Part shown: in pieces, positions 27,391 through 37,157 of the stretch
Numbering within the stretch: position 1 is the stretch's first letter
Layout: each line of letters starts with the position of its first letter
NCBI GenBank assembly: GCA_943370295.1
Contig: CALRQL020000015.1
Span: forward strand, 8,515 to 72,514
Source of the DNA: Agrobacterium sp. 719_389
GTDB taxonomy: Bacteria; Bacteroidota; Bacteroidia; UBA8524
Direction: 5' to 3'
Length of the DNA: 64,000 nucleotides
Translations under genes and position numbers: made by a program
The notes under the pieces: model-generated
The model's input: the letters and a program-made list of their open reading frames with translations, nothing else
The model's database searches: none
Told to the model about the DNA's origin: nothing

Positions 27391-29664
27391 ATGAGTAAAA
27401 TGGTGTGGATAGTACTACTACAGCTTCTCTTAAGCACAGCACAAGCACAATACAAGCAATACCCCAAACTGCAAAAGTTGTTTGAGGCCAACAAGTATGA
27501 TAAGTGCATTAAAAAGGCTGAAAAGTATGCAAAGGCAGAACCCAAAGAGCCTATCCCTAATTTGTACTTAATGAAATGCTGGTTGGCGATTGATGAGGAC
27601 GATAACCACGACAAACAAAAGAGTGCCATCAACAAAGCACTTTCAGCAGGCCGAAAAGCCATACGTAAGGATAAAAATGATAAGCTGTATGATGAATTCT
27701 ACGATGATTTTGAACAACTTAAACAACGTGCGTTTGAGAAGGCCGATCAATTGGTGAAAGATGGAAAGTGCGGGCAAGCAATCCGCTTTTATGATAATAT
27801 AAATGAACTGTTTGGCGACCGACTGAGTAACTACAAAAAAAGTCTTTGTATGCTTACTGATACTTTTCAAAAAGTAGATGGTTTTACCCTGTTGCGCAAT
27901 ACCGTTTTGGGAGTGTATAAGGATTACAAAACAGGGGAGGAGGTAACCCAAATTCCGCAGGCATTTGCACGATTATCGAAAGAGTATCTTAAACGCAACT
28001 ACTATTTTAATGCCGAGGATATTTTACGAAAGGGTGTGGAGGTTTTCCCAAACGATACTGCCATTCGCAGTGAATTAATAGCGCAAGTAAAAGGAACGTA
28101 TGCCGCCACCATTGTATCAGATTACACCAAAGATTTGAACAAACTGCGCAACCACTTGCTATGGGCAGATAGTTGCTACCCCCGTTATGAGGAGGTACAA
28201 ACCATGCTGAAAACTACCAACTATAAGATGCTTACCCTTAGCATTCAGTATGATTACGACAAACCCCAAGTTACACTTGATTTTATAAAGCAATGTGCGG
28301 CTTATGACAGTAGCACATACGGTTATAAAGCTATTAACAATCACCTGATTACGCTGTATAGCAATACCGATATACGCAGGGTGGATGGGGCACTGGATAA
28401 CCTTACCCGTGTGTTGATTGAATACAATGGCTCAAACGCAAAAGGTGTTAATACACCCGCGGCGCAGTATGTATTTAACTACTTGTTGCAGCAAGATAAT
28501 TATGAGGTTGCGGCCTATTTTATCAAACAAAGCAAAACCTTATACCCTAAGGACAAAAAAATGCTGGCTGATATGCAAACCGCCCTTGAAAATAAACTGG
28601 TGCAATTGCTAACCGCTGCCCCAAAAGAACTTACATCGCTTGATTTGGCTGAAAAGTTTACCACCATTGCACCTGCTAATAAAAAGTTACCCGAGATTGA
28701 ACGCACCATCTACCACGATATATTGAAACCTATGGTGCAAGGGCCAAACTTCTCGTTGTTTTTTGCTACGGTAAACAGAGGATTGGCACGTTTTACTGCC
28801 GACCCAACCATGATGAAGTTAAAAAAGGAAATGGTGATAAAAGACTTCAACCAAAACTTTTTAACCAATCAAATAACAAGCGTTGGCGAAATGAAAGTGG
28901 TGTACCACGTAGGTACTTGCACACCCGGCAAAGTGGATAGCCTTGCCAATAAAAAGTTTATTGGTTTGCTCAACTACCTGCGCCGTCAAGCCGGTATGTA
29001 CGATAGCTGTGTATTGGATGCCGAGCTAAACGAGATAGCACAGCAAGCTGCATTGATGATGACAGCCCGTGGCGACCTTGACCATTTTCCCGATAGCAGT
29101 TGGAAATGCTTTTCGGCCAAAGGCAAACGCGGTGCAGGAAGCAGCAACCTTTCATTAGGCCATAGCGGTACTGATGCCTTGCTGGGGCAATTGGAAGATA
29201 ATGGTGATAACAACTATTCAGTAGGTCATCGCCGCTGGATTTTAAACCCCCACAATAAAGTATTTGGCCACGGCAGCACCGATATGAGCATGGCCCTGTA
29301 TGTGTTTGGTAAATACTACAATAACCCTGAAAAAGACCGCTTACCCAAGTGGAACAAAGAAACCTTTGTTAGTTGGCCGCCCAAAGACTATGCACCCGCA
29401 ACGTTAGTGCCCCGCAGGTGGTCGTTTTCACTTGATGAAGGTGATTTCAGCAAAGCTAAAATAAGCATTACCCTAAAAGGAAAACCGGTAAAGATTAAAA
29501 CCGAGCCGCAACAGCAAGGATACGGGCTTAATACCGTGGTTTGGAGAATGGAAAACGAGGTGAAAGCAGGCGAAGTTTACACAATAAAAATTACAGGGGT
29601 GGCCGCTTACGGCAAAACCACCACGCAAAACTACACCTACACGGTAGAAATTCTTGATTTGTAG
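27391..29664 (+). CDS. Large secreted protein with C-terminal CAP/SCP (PR-1-like) domain
   Basis: Signal peptide MSKMVWIVLLQLLLSTAQAQ. The helical N-terminal ~500 aa is followed by LNYLRRQAGM...LDHFP...VGHRRWILNP CAP-type motifs. Confidence 0.7.
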   Translation: MSKMVWIVLLQLLLSTAQAQYKQYPKLQKLFEANKYDKCIKKAEKYAKAEPKEPIPNLYLMKCWLAIDEDDNHDKQKSAINKALSAGRKAIRKDKNDKLYDEFYDDFEQLKQRAFEKADQLVKDGKCGQAIRFYDNINELFGDRLSNYKKSLCMLTDTFQKVDGFTLLRNTVLGVYKDYKTGEEVTQIPQAFARLSKEYLKRNYYFNAEDILRKGVEVFPNDTAIRSELIAQVKGTYAATIVSDYTKDLNKLRNHLLWADSCYPRYEEVQTMLKTTNYKMLTLSIQYDYDKPQVTLDFIKQCAAYDSSTYGYKAINNHLITLYSNTDIRRVDGALDNLTRVLIEYNGSNAKGVNTPAAQYVFNYLLQQDNYEVAAYFIKQSKTLYPKDKKMLADMQTALENKLVQLLTAAPKELTSLDLAEKFTTIAPANKKLPEIERTIYHDILKPMVQGPNFSLFFATVNRGLARFTADPTMMKLKKEMVIKDFNQNFLTNQITSVGEMKVVYHVGTCTPGKVDSLANKKFIGLLNYLRRQAGMYDSCVLDAELNEIAQQAALMMTARGDLDHFPDSSWKCFSAKGKRGAGSSNLSLGHSGTDALLGQLEDNGDNNYSVGHRRWILNPHNKVFGHGSTDMSMALYVFGKYYNNPEKDRLPKWNKETFVSWPPKDYAPATLVPRRWSFSLDEGDFSKAKISITLKGKPVKIKTEPQQQGYGLNTVVWRMENEVKAGEVYTIKITGVAAYGKTTTQNYTYTVEILDL

Positions 29665-29739
29665 AATTATTAACAGGTGGTAAAACTATCTTTTTCAAAC
29701 CCTGAGTAATAACTTTTATTTTGCCTAAAACAACCGGCC

Positions 29740-30648
29740 ATGAAAAAAGTTTTGCTTGCTATTTGCAGCACAGGGTGTATGTTAACAGCCATTGCCCAAA
29801 ACCAAAAAATCGAGATTAAAGAAGCCTCGTTATATTCTGATACGGGTAGGTGGAACAACACCTTAGAGTTGGGTATAAACTTTAACCAATCGAGTTTTAG
29901 CCCTAACTGGAAAGGTGGGGGTACCAACTCTTACGCCATTGGGGGACTATTAAACGCAACAAGCTCATACACAAAAAAACGATTTGCTTTTGATGGAAAA
30001 ATAAATGCCCAATACGGTATTCAAAACAACAAAGGGCAAGAACTGCGCAAAACAATAGATGTGTTGTTGATAGACACTAAAGTGGCTATCCTGTTTAAGA
30101 ACCCAAAATGGAGCGGATACTTGGGAGCCAACCTTATTACCCAATTTACACCCGGCTATGAGTATGACGACGATACCTTGTATGTAGAACGTCAAAGTAA
30201 CCTGTTTGCCCCTGCTTACTTAACAATTCCGCTGGGGGTGCAATACAAACCTAATAATTACTTTTTTGCCCGCTTTGGGGTTGCTTCGTTGCGTTACACA
30301 TTTGTTACTGACCCTGAAATCCGTAAAACAGTAGCCAACAACTACGGGGTTGATACCAACAAAATTTTATACCGTCAGTTTGGTATGCAAATCGTTTCAG
30401 GCTATAACCGTGATATTACCAGTACTATTAACTTTAAGGCCAATTACTTCGGCTTTTTTGATTATGGCAGAGTGCGTGTAGCCGACTTTGTTCACCGTTT
30501 AGATATTGTGTTTACGGCCAAAGTAACCAAGTACATCAATACCACACTCTCATCCATCTTATTTTACGACCTTACTCAGGATAAAGACGTGCAATTAAGC
30601 CAGGTTTTGAACGTAGGTTTTTTGATGAAACTTGGCGGTACTAAGTAA
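29740..30648 (+). CDS. Putative outer-membrane beta-barrel protein (DUF3078-like)
   Basis: Signal peptide, alternating aromatic/polar beta-strand pattern and a terminal aromatic-rich strand. The DUF name is from memory. Confidence 0.6.
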   Translation: MKKVLLAICSTGCMLTAIAQNQKIEIKEASLYSDTGRWNNTLELGINFNQSSFSPNWKGGGTNSYAIGGLLNATSSYTKKRFAFDGKINAQYGIQNNKGQELRKTIDVLLIDTKVAILFKNPKWSGYLGANLITQFTPGYEYDDDTLYVERQSNLFAPAYLTIPLGVQYKPNNYFFARFGVASLRYTFVTDPEIRKTVANNYGVDTNKILYRQFGMQIVSGYNRDITSTINFKANYFGFFDYGRVRVADFVHRLDIVFTAKVTKYINTTLSSILFYDLTQDKDVQLSQVLNVGFLMKLGGTK

Positions 30649-30755
30649 AAATAAGTACAGTTGATTGAAAAACAGTAAGTTGCCTGTTTCAAAGCAGGCA
30701 ACTTACATTGTTAATAAAAAGTAACCTATCACAGTGCATAATTGATTTATTACTC

Positions 30756-30763
30756 TATTTTTG
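30756..30763 (+). promoter_or_regulatory. -7 box TATTTTTG upstream of nusB
   Basis: Exact TAnnTTTG 12 nt upstream of the ATG at 30776. Confidence 0.5.
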
Positions 30764-30775
30764 CAGCCATTTTTT

Positions 30776-31720
30776 ATGCTCAACAGACGTATTCTCAGAA
30801 TCAAGGTCTTTCAAGTTCTTTATGCGTATTATCGGGAGGAGCAGCCCGTTATGCAACGCCACGAAACCTTTTTGCTCACCAGTATTTCACGTATCGAAGA
30901 AATGTACCACTTTATACTAAGCCTTCCCGGCGAGATTAAGTATTACATACAAAACGATGCTAACCCCGAAGAGGTAAAGTATTTTCCTACCGAAAGGGAT
31001 ATTGCTACAGGACGAACTTTTGTTTACAACGAGATTATCACCAAGCTTCAACAAAACCAATATTTTGTTGATAAGCTAAAAAAGGTAAAGTTCAATTGGC
31101 AGGATAATAAAGACCTGCTGCGCATTCTATTCAGGGAGTTTAAAGGCGGTAAATACTTCCAGCAATACCTTGATGAGCCTTTAAAAGACTTTGCAGCCCA
31201 AAAAAGATTGTTGAGTAACTTTTTCACTCAATTTTTGGCTGAGTCGGAAGATTTTGAGCAATACATGGAAGAATTATCCATGCATTGGCAAGACGACAAA
31301 AAGTTGATTTTTAACTTTTTGGCAAAATCTGTAGAAGCCGTTAACGAAGAAAACGATAAAAATTTCTTATACCCGCTATCAGAAGATTGGGACGAGGATT
31401 GGGGCTTTGCGCTTAAACTGTTTCGCAAAACAGTGGTGAACAATGCTGAATATCAAGAGTTGATAGCCAAAAAGACTGAGAAGTGGGATAGCGATCGTAT
31501 TGCAGTATCTGATTTGGTATTGATGAAAATGGCTCTTTGCGAAATGATTGAGTTTCCATCTATTCCTGTCAAAGTTACCATTAACGAATACCTTGAAATA
31601 TCAAAAATTTACAGCACCCCAAAAAGCAACTCATTTTTGAACGGTATCTTGGATAAAATCAAAAACGAATTGCTGGACGAAAATAAAATAATTAAACAAG
31701 GGCGCGGTTTGGTGGAGTAA
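30776..31720 (+). CDS. nusB: Transcription antitermination factor NusB (long Bacteroidota form)
   Basis: MLNRRILRIKVFQVLYAY N-terminus and C-terminal NEYLEISKIYSTPKSNSFLNGILDKI NusB motifs. Confidence 0.85.
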   Translation: MLNRRILRIKVFQVLYAYYREEQPVMQRHETFLLTSISRIEEMYHFILSLPGEIKYYIQNDANPEEVKYFPTERDIATGRTFVYNEIITKLQQNQYFVDKLKKVKFNWQDNKDLLRILFREFKGGKYFQQYLDEPLKDFAAQKRLLSNFFTQFLAESEDFEQYMEELSMHWQDDKKLIFNFLAKSVEAVNEENDKNFLYPLSEDWDEDWGFALKLFRKTVVNNAEYQELIAKKTEKWDSDRIAVSDLVLMKMALCEMIEFPSIPVKVTINEYLEISKIYSTPKSNSFLNGILDKIKNELLDENKIIKQGRGLVE

Positions 31721-31731
31721 AGGTGTCTTAT

Positions 31732-31739
31732 TATTTTTG
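31732..31739 (+). promoter_or_regulatory. -7 box TATTTTTG upstream of the DUF1573-like gene
   Basis: Exact TAnnTTTG 21 nt upstream of the ATG at 31761. Confidence 0.4.
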
Positions 31740-31760
31740 AACTATAAACATAGAAACAAA

Positions 31761-32270
31761 ATGAAAAAAATACTTATAGCAGTTACAGTTTTAGCACTGG
31801 CCGCTTGTGCCGAAAAAAAAGGTAATACCGACGGAGCGACTGATGGTGGCACACAAAACAGTGCAACCCCAAACACCGATGTAATCAACAACCCTGCTAC
31901 TCCGCAAAATCCTGCGGCGGCATCAGACCCTGCCAACTCACCGGCCATTAGCTTTGAGAACACCCACGTAACTGTGGAGCCTATTACCGAAGGCGAGTCA
32001 ATAGAAATTGTTTATACATTTACTAACACCGGAAACGCACCGTTGGTGCTTAAAGCTGTGCAGCCTACTTGCGGATGTACTGTAACCGATGATTGGCCAA
32101 AAGAACCTATTGCACCCGGTGCCAAAGGAAAAATCAAAGCAGTTTATAACAGCAAAGACAGGGGAACAGGAAGCATCACTAAAAATATCAGCGTGCAATC
32201 AAACGCTCCGTACCCCGGTGATGTTACCGACTTGAAATTTACCGTACAGGTGAACCCTAAAAAAGGATAA
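31761..32270 (+). CDS. DUF1573-like lipoprotein
   Basis: Lipobox LALAAC, then the F-x-F-x-N-T-G-x-x-P-L...C-G-C-T pattern (YTFTNTGNAPLVLKAVQPTCGCT). Confidence 0.8.
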   Translation: MKKILIAVTVLALAACAEKKGNTDGATDGGTQNSATPNTDVINNPATPQNPAAASDPANSPAISFENTHVTVEPITEGESIEIVYTFTNTGNAPLVLKAVQPTCGCTVTDDWPKEPIAPGAKGKIKAVYNSKDRGTGSITKNISVQSNAPYPGDVTDLKFTVQVNPKKG

Positions 32271-32293
32271 TTTAATTAGCTATACTACACAAA

Positions 32294-32626
32294 ATGACTT
32301 TAAGTATTTTATTAATGGCCGGCGGCCAACAAGGCGGAGGATTAGGACAATTAGTACCATTGTTACTTATTATGGTGGTGTTTTATGTGTTTATGATTTT
32401 GCCCCAAACCCGCAAAGCCAAAGCCCAACGTAAGTTTCGTGAAGAATTAAAAAAAGGTGACCGTATTGTGAACCTTGCCGGAATACACGGAAAAATTAAG
32501 GACATGGACGATACTACGTTGGTGATTGAATTGGAGGAAGGTGTGAAAATGCGTATCGAAAAATCTTCGATATCAATGGAAGCTACCAACGCCCTTAACA
32601 ATCCGAAAACTGAAGAGAAAAAGTAA
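32294..32626 (+). CDS. yajC: Preprotein translocase subunit YajC
   Basis: Single TM followed by RKFREELKKGDRIVNLAGIHGKI. Confidence 0.9.
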   Translation: MTLSILLMAGGQQGGGLGQLVPLLLIMVVFYVFMILPQTRKAKAQRKFREELKKGDRIVNLAGIHGKIKDMDDTTLVIELEEGVKMRIEKSSISMEATNALNNPKTEEKK

Positions 32627-32649
32627 TCTTTCAAACCATATTCATCAGA

Positions 32650-32686
32650 AAACTCAGGTACTTTTGTGCCTGAGTTTTTTGTTTTT
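32650..32686 (+). terminator. Rho-independent terminator after yajC
   Basis: actcagg-N10-cctgagt stem followed by TTTTTTGTTTTT. Confidence 0.7.
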
Positions 32687-32700
32687 AAAGGCAATAAGTA

Positions 32701-33303
32701 ATGTTGAAAATAGGGATAACCGGTGGTATAGGCAGTGGCAAAAGCACTGTGTGCAAAATATTTGAACAATTGGGAATACCGGTATATAGTGCTGATTTGG
32801 AAGCCCGTGAGTTGATGAATACGGATAAAATGTTGGTAGCAGCCCTTAAAAAAGAGTTTGGTGCTGATATTTATGATGCAAAAGGCGAATTGATACGGCC
32901 AAAACTGGCAGCATTAGTGTTTGGCGATAAAACAAAAGTTGAGAAACTTAATGCGTTAGTGCATCCTGCGGTTAAAGAACATTTTAAGCAATGGGCTGAT
33001 GGCCAAACCAATTGCCCGTATGTGATAAAAGAAGCAGCATTGATGTTTGAGAGCGAAAGCTACAAAGGCTTGGATTATGTGATTACCGTTACAGCACCCA
33101 AAGAAGTAAGATTAAAAAGAGTAATTGAGCGTGACGGAGCAAAGCGTGCCGATGTGTTGAAACGAATGAACAATCAACTTAGTGAAAAGGAGAGGGTGGA
33201 ACGTGCAGATTTTGTCATTAAAAATGATGGGAAGCACCCGTTGATTCCTCAGGTGATGCACTTTCACCAAATGTTTTTAGAGGCAGGACAGCCCTTGGTT
33301 TAG
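32701..33303 (+). CDS. coaE: Dephospho-CoA kinase
   Basis: IGITGGIGSGKSTV P-loop. 200 aa. Confidence 0.92.
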   Translation: MLKIGITGGIGSGKSTVCKIFEQLGIPVYSADLEARELMNTDKMLVAALKKEFGADIYDAKGELIRPKLAALVFGDKTKVEKLNALVHPAVKEHFKQWADGQTNCPYVIKEAALMFESESYKGLDYVITVTAPKEVRLKRVIERDGAKRADVLKRMNNQLSEKERVERADFVIKNDGKHPLIPQVMHFHQMFLEAGQPLV

Positions 33304-33412
33304 TAATATTAATCATTTTTATAAATTGAAAGTTACAGGGTTTGTACTAATATAAACTCAGATTTTTATGCTTTCGCAAGTATTTGCAGAAATGAATTGC
33401 TGAAGAACTAGT

Positions 33413-34651
33413 TTAGCTTATCTTATACTTTTCGTCAAAGAAATTTAATACATCAAAGCTTTTTTGTGGTTCAGGGAATTTAGTTTTTGGTATACTAATA
33501 GAGTTTATAATAAGCCCTTGTTCTTCTTCGGTTAGCGAATCCCAAAACTTAGGTGATAAATAAAAATTCTGAACGTTTTCAATAATAAGTTTTGATATTT
33601 CAGCTTCAAAGGCTTCATTACTAATAGCTTTCAAGTTGTTTAAGTTTTTAAAAATTAAATCACTTCCTTTATCTGATTTAAACCTTCCAAGAATTATAAG
33701 ACTATTGTTGTTTTCATTTGGCAGAACAGTAATCATTATTGGAAATCCAAAATATATATTTTCATTGTTTGGAACTATATGCCCATTTCCAAAAGGAATA
33801 TGCAACATCATGGTTGAAGAGCAAACAATTGGACTTAAATAATCAGTTTCATAAGTCAAATATTCAAGTTGATCATATGAATTGCTTTTTAAATTAACTA
33901 TAAATAGCTCTCTATATTTTTCAGAGTTTGAAACCAAAAGCTCTTGACCCTCTTTTTGCTCACTTGTAGGTTTTGGAATTTCAAAATTAACTCCTTCGGT
34001 TCCTGAAACATTGGAAGCAGAATTTATAGTGCTTTTTAGAGAAAGAAGCTGTGAAGTTGGATTATTTGATGTCGATAATAGAAAATCTCTCTTTGATTTT
34101 TTTGAATGGTAAGTATAGGCGTAAGACCTCAACGAACTTAAAAAGCATCTCTCTTTTTCAGAAGAGAATGTGTTGTTATCAATTGGGTTAAAAATTTTAT
34201 CGTGATGAGAACAAAAACCAACAAATGTTGAAGCTTTAGAAATGCTGATAAGTTTGGGTTTAAGAATTCTCGATGATATCCTTTCTATATAATAGACTTG
34301 TTCATTCTTTGAAATATAACTAGAGATCTTTAAAAGCCCACTCTTTTTTGACAAACTATGTGCCTTGATGATGTCATCACTTTTGCATTCCGAGTCATTT
34401 ATGAAACAAGATTTTGATTGTTCCTCAAAATCCTTTTTGAGTGAGTCTTTAGCTATTTCTAATAGACAATTGAATTCTTTCTCAGAATAATTTTTGTTAG
34501 GTCTAATTACATTTTCAAAATAGTCTTCAAGTTTTTTATATCGAGAGTTAGGATTTCTGTCAATATTATTAACATCCTCGGAATTTTTTGGTATAGATTG
34601 AAGCAGTTTGATAATATCCTTTAATTGCTTCTCAATTGAATTTTCACTCAT
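33413..34651 (-). CDS. Orphan hypothetical protein in an AT-rich patch (Cys/His clusters; function unknown)
   Basis: 412-aa uninterrupted ORF in DNA of about 25-30% GC (hand counts). Motifs are CFINDSEC-x9-H and FVGFCSHHDKIF. No family recognised. Confidence 0.7.
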   Translation of the reverse strand: MSENSIEKQLKDIIKLLQSIPKNSEDVNNIDRNPNSRYKKLEDYFENVIRPNKNYSEKEFNCLLEIAKDSLKKDFEEQSKSCFINDSECKSDDIIKAHSLSKKSGLLKISSYISKNEQVYYIERISSRILKPKLISISKASTFVGFCSHHDKIFNPIDNNTFSSEKERCFLSSLRSYAYTYHSKKSKRDFLLSTSNNPTSQLLSLKSTINSASNVSGTEGVNFEIPKPTSEQKEGQELLVSNSEKYRELFIVNLKSNSYDQLEYLTYETDYLSPIVCSSTMMLHIPFGNGHIVPNNENIYFGFPIMITVLPNENNNSLIILGRFKSDKGSDLIFKNLNNLKAISNEAFEAEISKLIIENVQNFYLSPKFWDSLTEEEQGLIINSISIPKTKFPEPQKSFDVLNFFDEKYKIS

Positions 34652-34657
34652 AATAGA

Positions 34658-34700
34658 ACATAAGCCACTAAGATACAATATTGTTTTTAGTGGCTTATGT
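34658..34700 (-). terminator. Perfect 14-bp stem hairpin between dapD and the orphan gene
   Basis: acataagccactaa-N15-ttagtggcttatgt lies 35 nt downstream of the dapD stop and 7 nt upstream of the orphan ATG. There is no clear U-tract, so a terminator role is tentative. Confidence 0.45.
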
Positions 34701-34734
34701 CAAATGCTAAATGTAAAATGTTCAATGACCAATA

Positions 34735-35550
34735 TTACACAGCCACACTATGCTCGCGTAGAGCGTCGTTCAAGCTGGTTTTAAGGTCGGTGCTTGGTTT
34801 GCGGCGACCGATAATCAACGCGCAAGGCACTTGGTATTCGCCCGCAGGGAACGTTTTTGTATAGCTTCCGGGTATTACCACACTTCTTTCAGGTACTACC
34901 CCTTTAGTTTCAATAGGTGTTGGCCCTGTTACATCAATAATTTTGGTACTTTGTGTTAAAACAACACCGGCACCCAATACTGCTTCACGCTCTACACGTA
35001 CCCCTTCAACCACAATACAGCGTGAACCTATAAAACAGTTATCCTCAATAATTACAGGGGCGGCTTGTACGGGCTCTAATACCCCGCCAATGCCTACACC
35101 TCCGCTAAGGTGTACATTTTTACCTATTTGCGCACAGCTACCTACAGTAGCCCAAGTATCCACCATCGTTCCTTCGTCTACATATGCACCAATGTTTACA
35201 TAACCGGGCATCATAATCACTCCTTTGGCAAGGTAGGCACCGTAGCGCGCAATAGCGTGAGGCACCACACGAACGCCTAATTGGGCATAACCGGTTTTTA
35301 GTTTCATTTTATCATGAAATTCCATCGGACCCACTTCAATAGTTTCCATTTGGCGGATAGGGAAGTACATAATCACGGCTTTTTTTACCCAATCGTTCAC
35401 TTGCCAGCCGTTATCAGTGGGTTGTGCTACCCGTAAACGACCTTTGTCCAACTCTTCAATTATCGTGTTTATAGCCTCTTGCGTCGCAGAGTCTTTTAGT
35501 AACTCGCGGTTTTCCCAAGCACTCTCAATTATTGTTTGCAGGTTTTGCAT
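34735..35550 (-). CDS. dapD: 2,3,4,5-tetrahydropyridine-2,6-dicarboxylate N-succinyltransferase
   Basis: MQNLQTIIESAWENRELL N-terminus and hexapeptide-repeat core (GAYVDEGTMVDTWATVGSCAQIGKNVHLSGGVGIGGVLEP). Confidence 0.9.
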   Translation of the reverse strand: MQNLQTIIESAWENRELLKDSATQEAINTIIEELDKGRLRVAQPTDNGWQVNDWVKKAVIMYFPIRQMETIEVGPMEFHDKMKLKTGYAQLGVRVVPHAIARYGAYLAKGVIMMPGYVNIGAYVDEGTMVDTWATVGSCAQIGKNVHLSGGVGIGGVLEPVQAAPVIIEDNCFIGSRCIVVEGVRVEREAVLGAGVVLTQSTKIIDVTGPTPIETKGVVPERSVVIPGSYTKTFPAGEYQVPCALIIGRRKPSTDLKTSLNDALREHSVAV

Positions 35551-35616
35551 CTTTATTCGCTCTTTTTCGGGCAAATTTGTTATATTAATTTCGCACAGCC
35601 AAAAAAAGTATCCATT

Positions 35617-37155
35617 ATGTCGCAAATACGCCGTTCAAGAAAACCAAGGTTAAAGCAACGCCACGCCACACCCGATGATTTTCATGATATTATCAAACTC
35701 TCAAAAATATGCTTCCCCGAGCATCAACCTTGGAAACTTGAGATGCTGGAAAGCCAGTACACGATGTTTCCCGAAGGAATGCAGGTGATTGAATACGACG
35801 GAGAAATTGTGGGTAGTGCCACCAGTTTGATTGTGAACATGGAAGACTATACCGATAACCACACTTGGGCAGAGGTATGTGATAACGGCTACATAACTAA
35901 CCACGACCCTGAGGGGGATACTTTGTATGGAATTGAGGTGATGGTGCACCCCGAATATCAAGGCTTGAAAATTGGTCGCCGTTTGTACGAAATGCGCCGC
36001 CAGCTTTGCGAGGATTTGAACTTAAAAGAAATTTTGATTGGGGGTCGTATTCCTAACTTTTTTAAGTACGAGGAAGAGTTTGGTGCGCGGGCATACCTGA
36101 AAAGGGTATTGGATAAGAAGATTAAAGACCCTGTGGTGAATTTTCAGCTTTCGCAAGGGTTTCAAATCCGTAAGATAATAAAAGACTACCTACCCAGCGA
36201 CTGGGAGAGTGGTGGCTACGGGGTACTGATGGAGTGGAACAACATTGACTATGTGCCTGAAACACCGGAACGTAGCGTGTTGATGAAAAACATCCGTATT
36301 TGTTGCATACAGTATGAGTTAAGGAAAATACAGTCGTTTGAAGACTTTGCTACCCAGTGCGAGTTTTTTACCGATGTGGCTTCTAACTACAAGTCGGATT
36401 TTGCATTATTCCCTGAACTGTTTACCACCCAATTGCTGTCGTTTATTGATTCTTCGGAAATGAGTATCGAGGATAGCATTCGTAAGCTGGATGATTACAC
36501 GGGTGATTTTATCAACCTGTTTTCTCGTCTTTCGTTAGAGTATAACATCAATATTATAGCCGGAACCCACTTGGTGGTTGAAGGTGGAGATTTGTATAAC
36601 GTTTCGTTTTTGTTTAAACGCGACGGTACTTTTGAGAAACAATACAAAATACACGTTACCCCTAACGAATCGAAATGGTGGGGTGTGAAAGCAGGGAATG
36701 AAATAAAAGTGTTTAATACCGATTGCGGTAAGATTGGCATAAACATTTGTTACGACTCTGAGTTTCCTGAAATTGCCCGTATCATGGCGCAAAAAGGAGC
36801 TAAAGTTATTTTTGTGCCTTTTTGTACCGATGAGCGACACGGCTATTTGCGCGTAAAACTCTGCTCACAAGCCCGTGCTATCGAAAATCAGATATACGTA
36901 GCAACGGCCGGAACGATTGGTAATATTCCTTCGGTTGAGAATATGGACATTAACTATGCCCAAAGCGGTATTTATACACCCAGCGATTTTGCTTTCCCGC
37001 CGGAGGCAGTTGCAGGCGAATGTAGTCCTAACTTAGAAACGGTGGTAATTGCCGACCTTGACTTGGCTACGCTGGAACGTACCCGCAAAAGCGGTACGGT
37101 TACTAACTGGCGCGACCGACGTGAGGATATGTATAGGGTGGTGGAAGTTGAGTAG
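35617..37155 (+). CDS. Bifunctional GNAT acetyltransferase / carbon-nitrogen hydrolase (nitrilase superfamily) protein
   Basis: N-terminal GNAT (VHPEYQGLKIGRRLY) fused to a CN-hydrolase with an E...K...C triad context (FPELF; INICYDSEFPE). Confidence 0.85.
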   Translation: MSQIRRSRKPRLKQRHATPDDFHDIIKLSKICFPEHQPWKLEMLESQYTMFPEGMQVIEYDGEIVGSATSLIVNMEDYTDNHTWAEVCDNGYITNHDPEGDTLYGIEVMVHPEYQGLKIGRRLYEMRRQLCEDLNLKEILIGGRIPNFFKYEEEFGARAYLKRVLDKKIKDPVVNFQLSQGFQIRKIIKDYLPSDWESGGYGVLMEWNNIDYVPETPERSVLMKNIRICCIQYELRKIQSFEDFATQCEFFTDVASNYKSDFALFPELFTTQLLSFIDSSEMSIEDSIRKLDDYTGDFINLFSRLSLEYNINIIAGTHLVVEGGDLYNVSFLFKRDGTFEKQYKIHVTPNESKWWGVKAGNEIKVFNTDCGKIGINICYDSEFPEIARIMAQKGAKVIFVPFCTDERHGYLRVKLCSQARAIENQIYVATAGTIGNIPSVENMDINYAQSGIYTPSDFAFPPEAVAGECSPNLETVVIADLDLATLERTRKSGTVTNWRDRREDMYRVVEVE

Positions 37156-37157
37156 GT

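Noticed and set aside
35536-35616. Long N-terminal extensions in the ORF track (here and at 3953-5440, 5506-6294, 6311-7267, 10973-12115, 17360-18595, 27307-29664, 34735-35625, 41845-42261, 54714-55313, 56734-59151, 59598-60632)
   Set aside because: The extensions overlap neighbouring genes or -7 promoter boxes, lack homology-like sequence, and hide an internal ATG followed by the expected conserved N-terminus or signal peptide.
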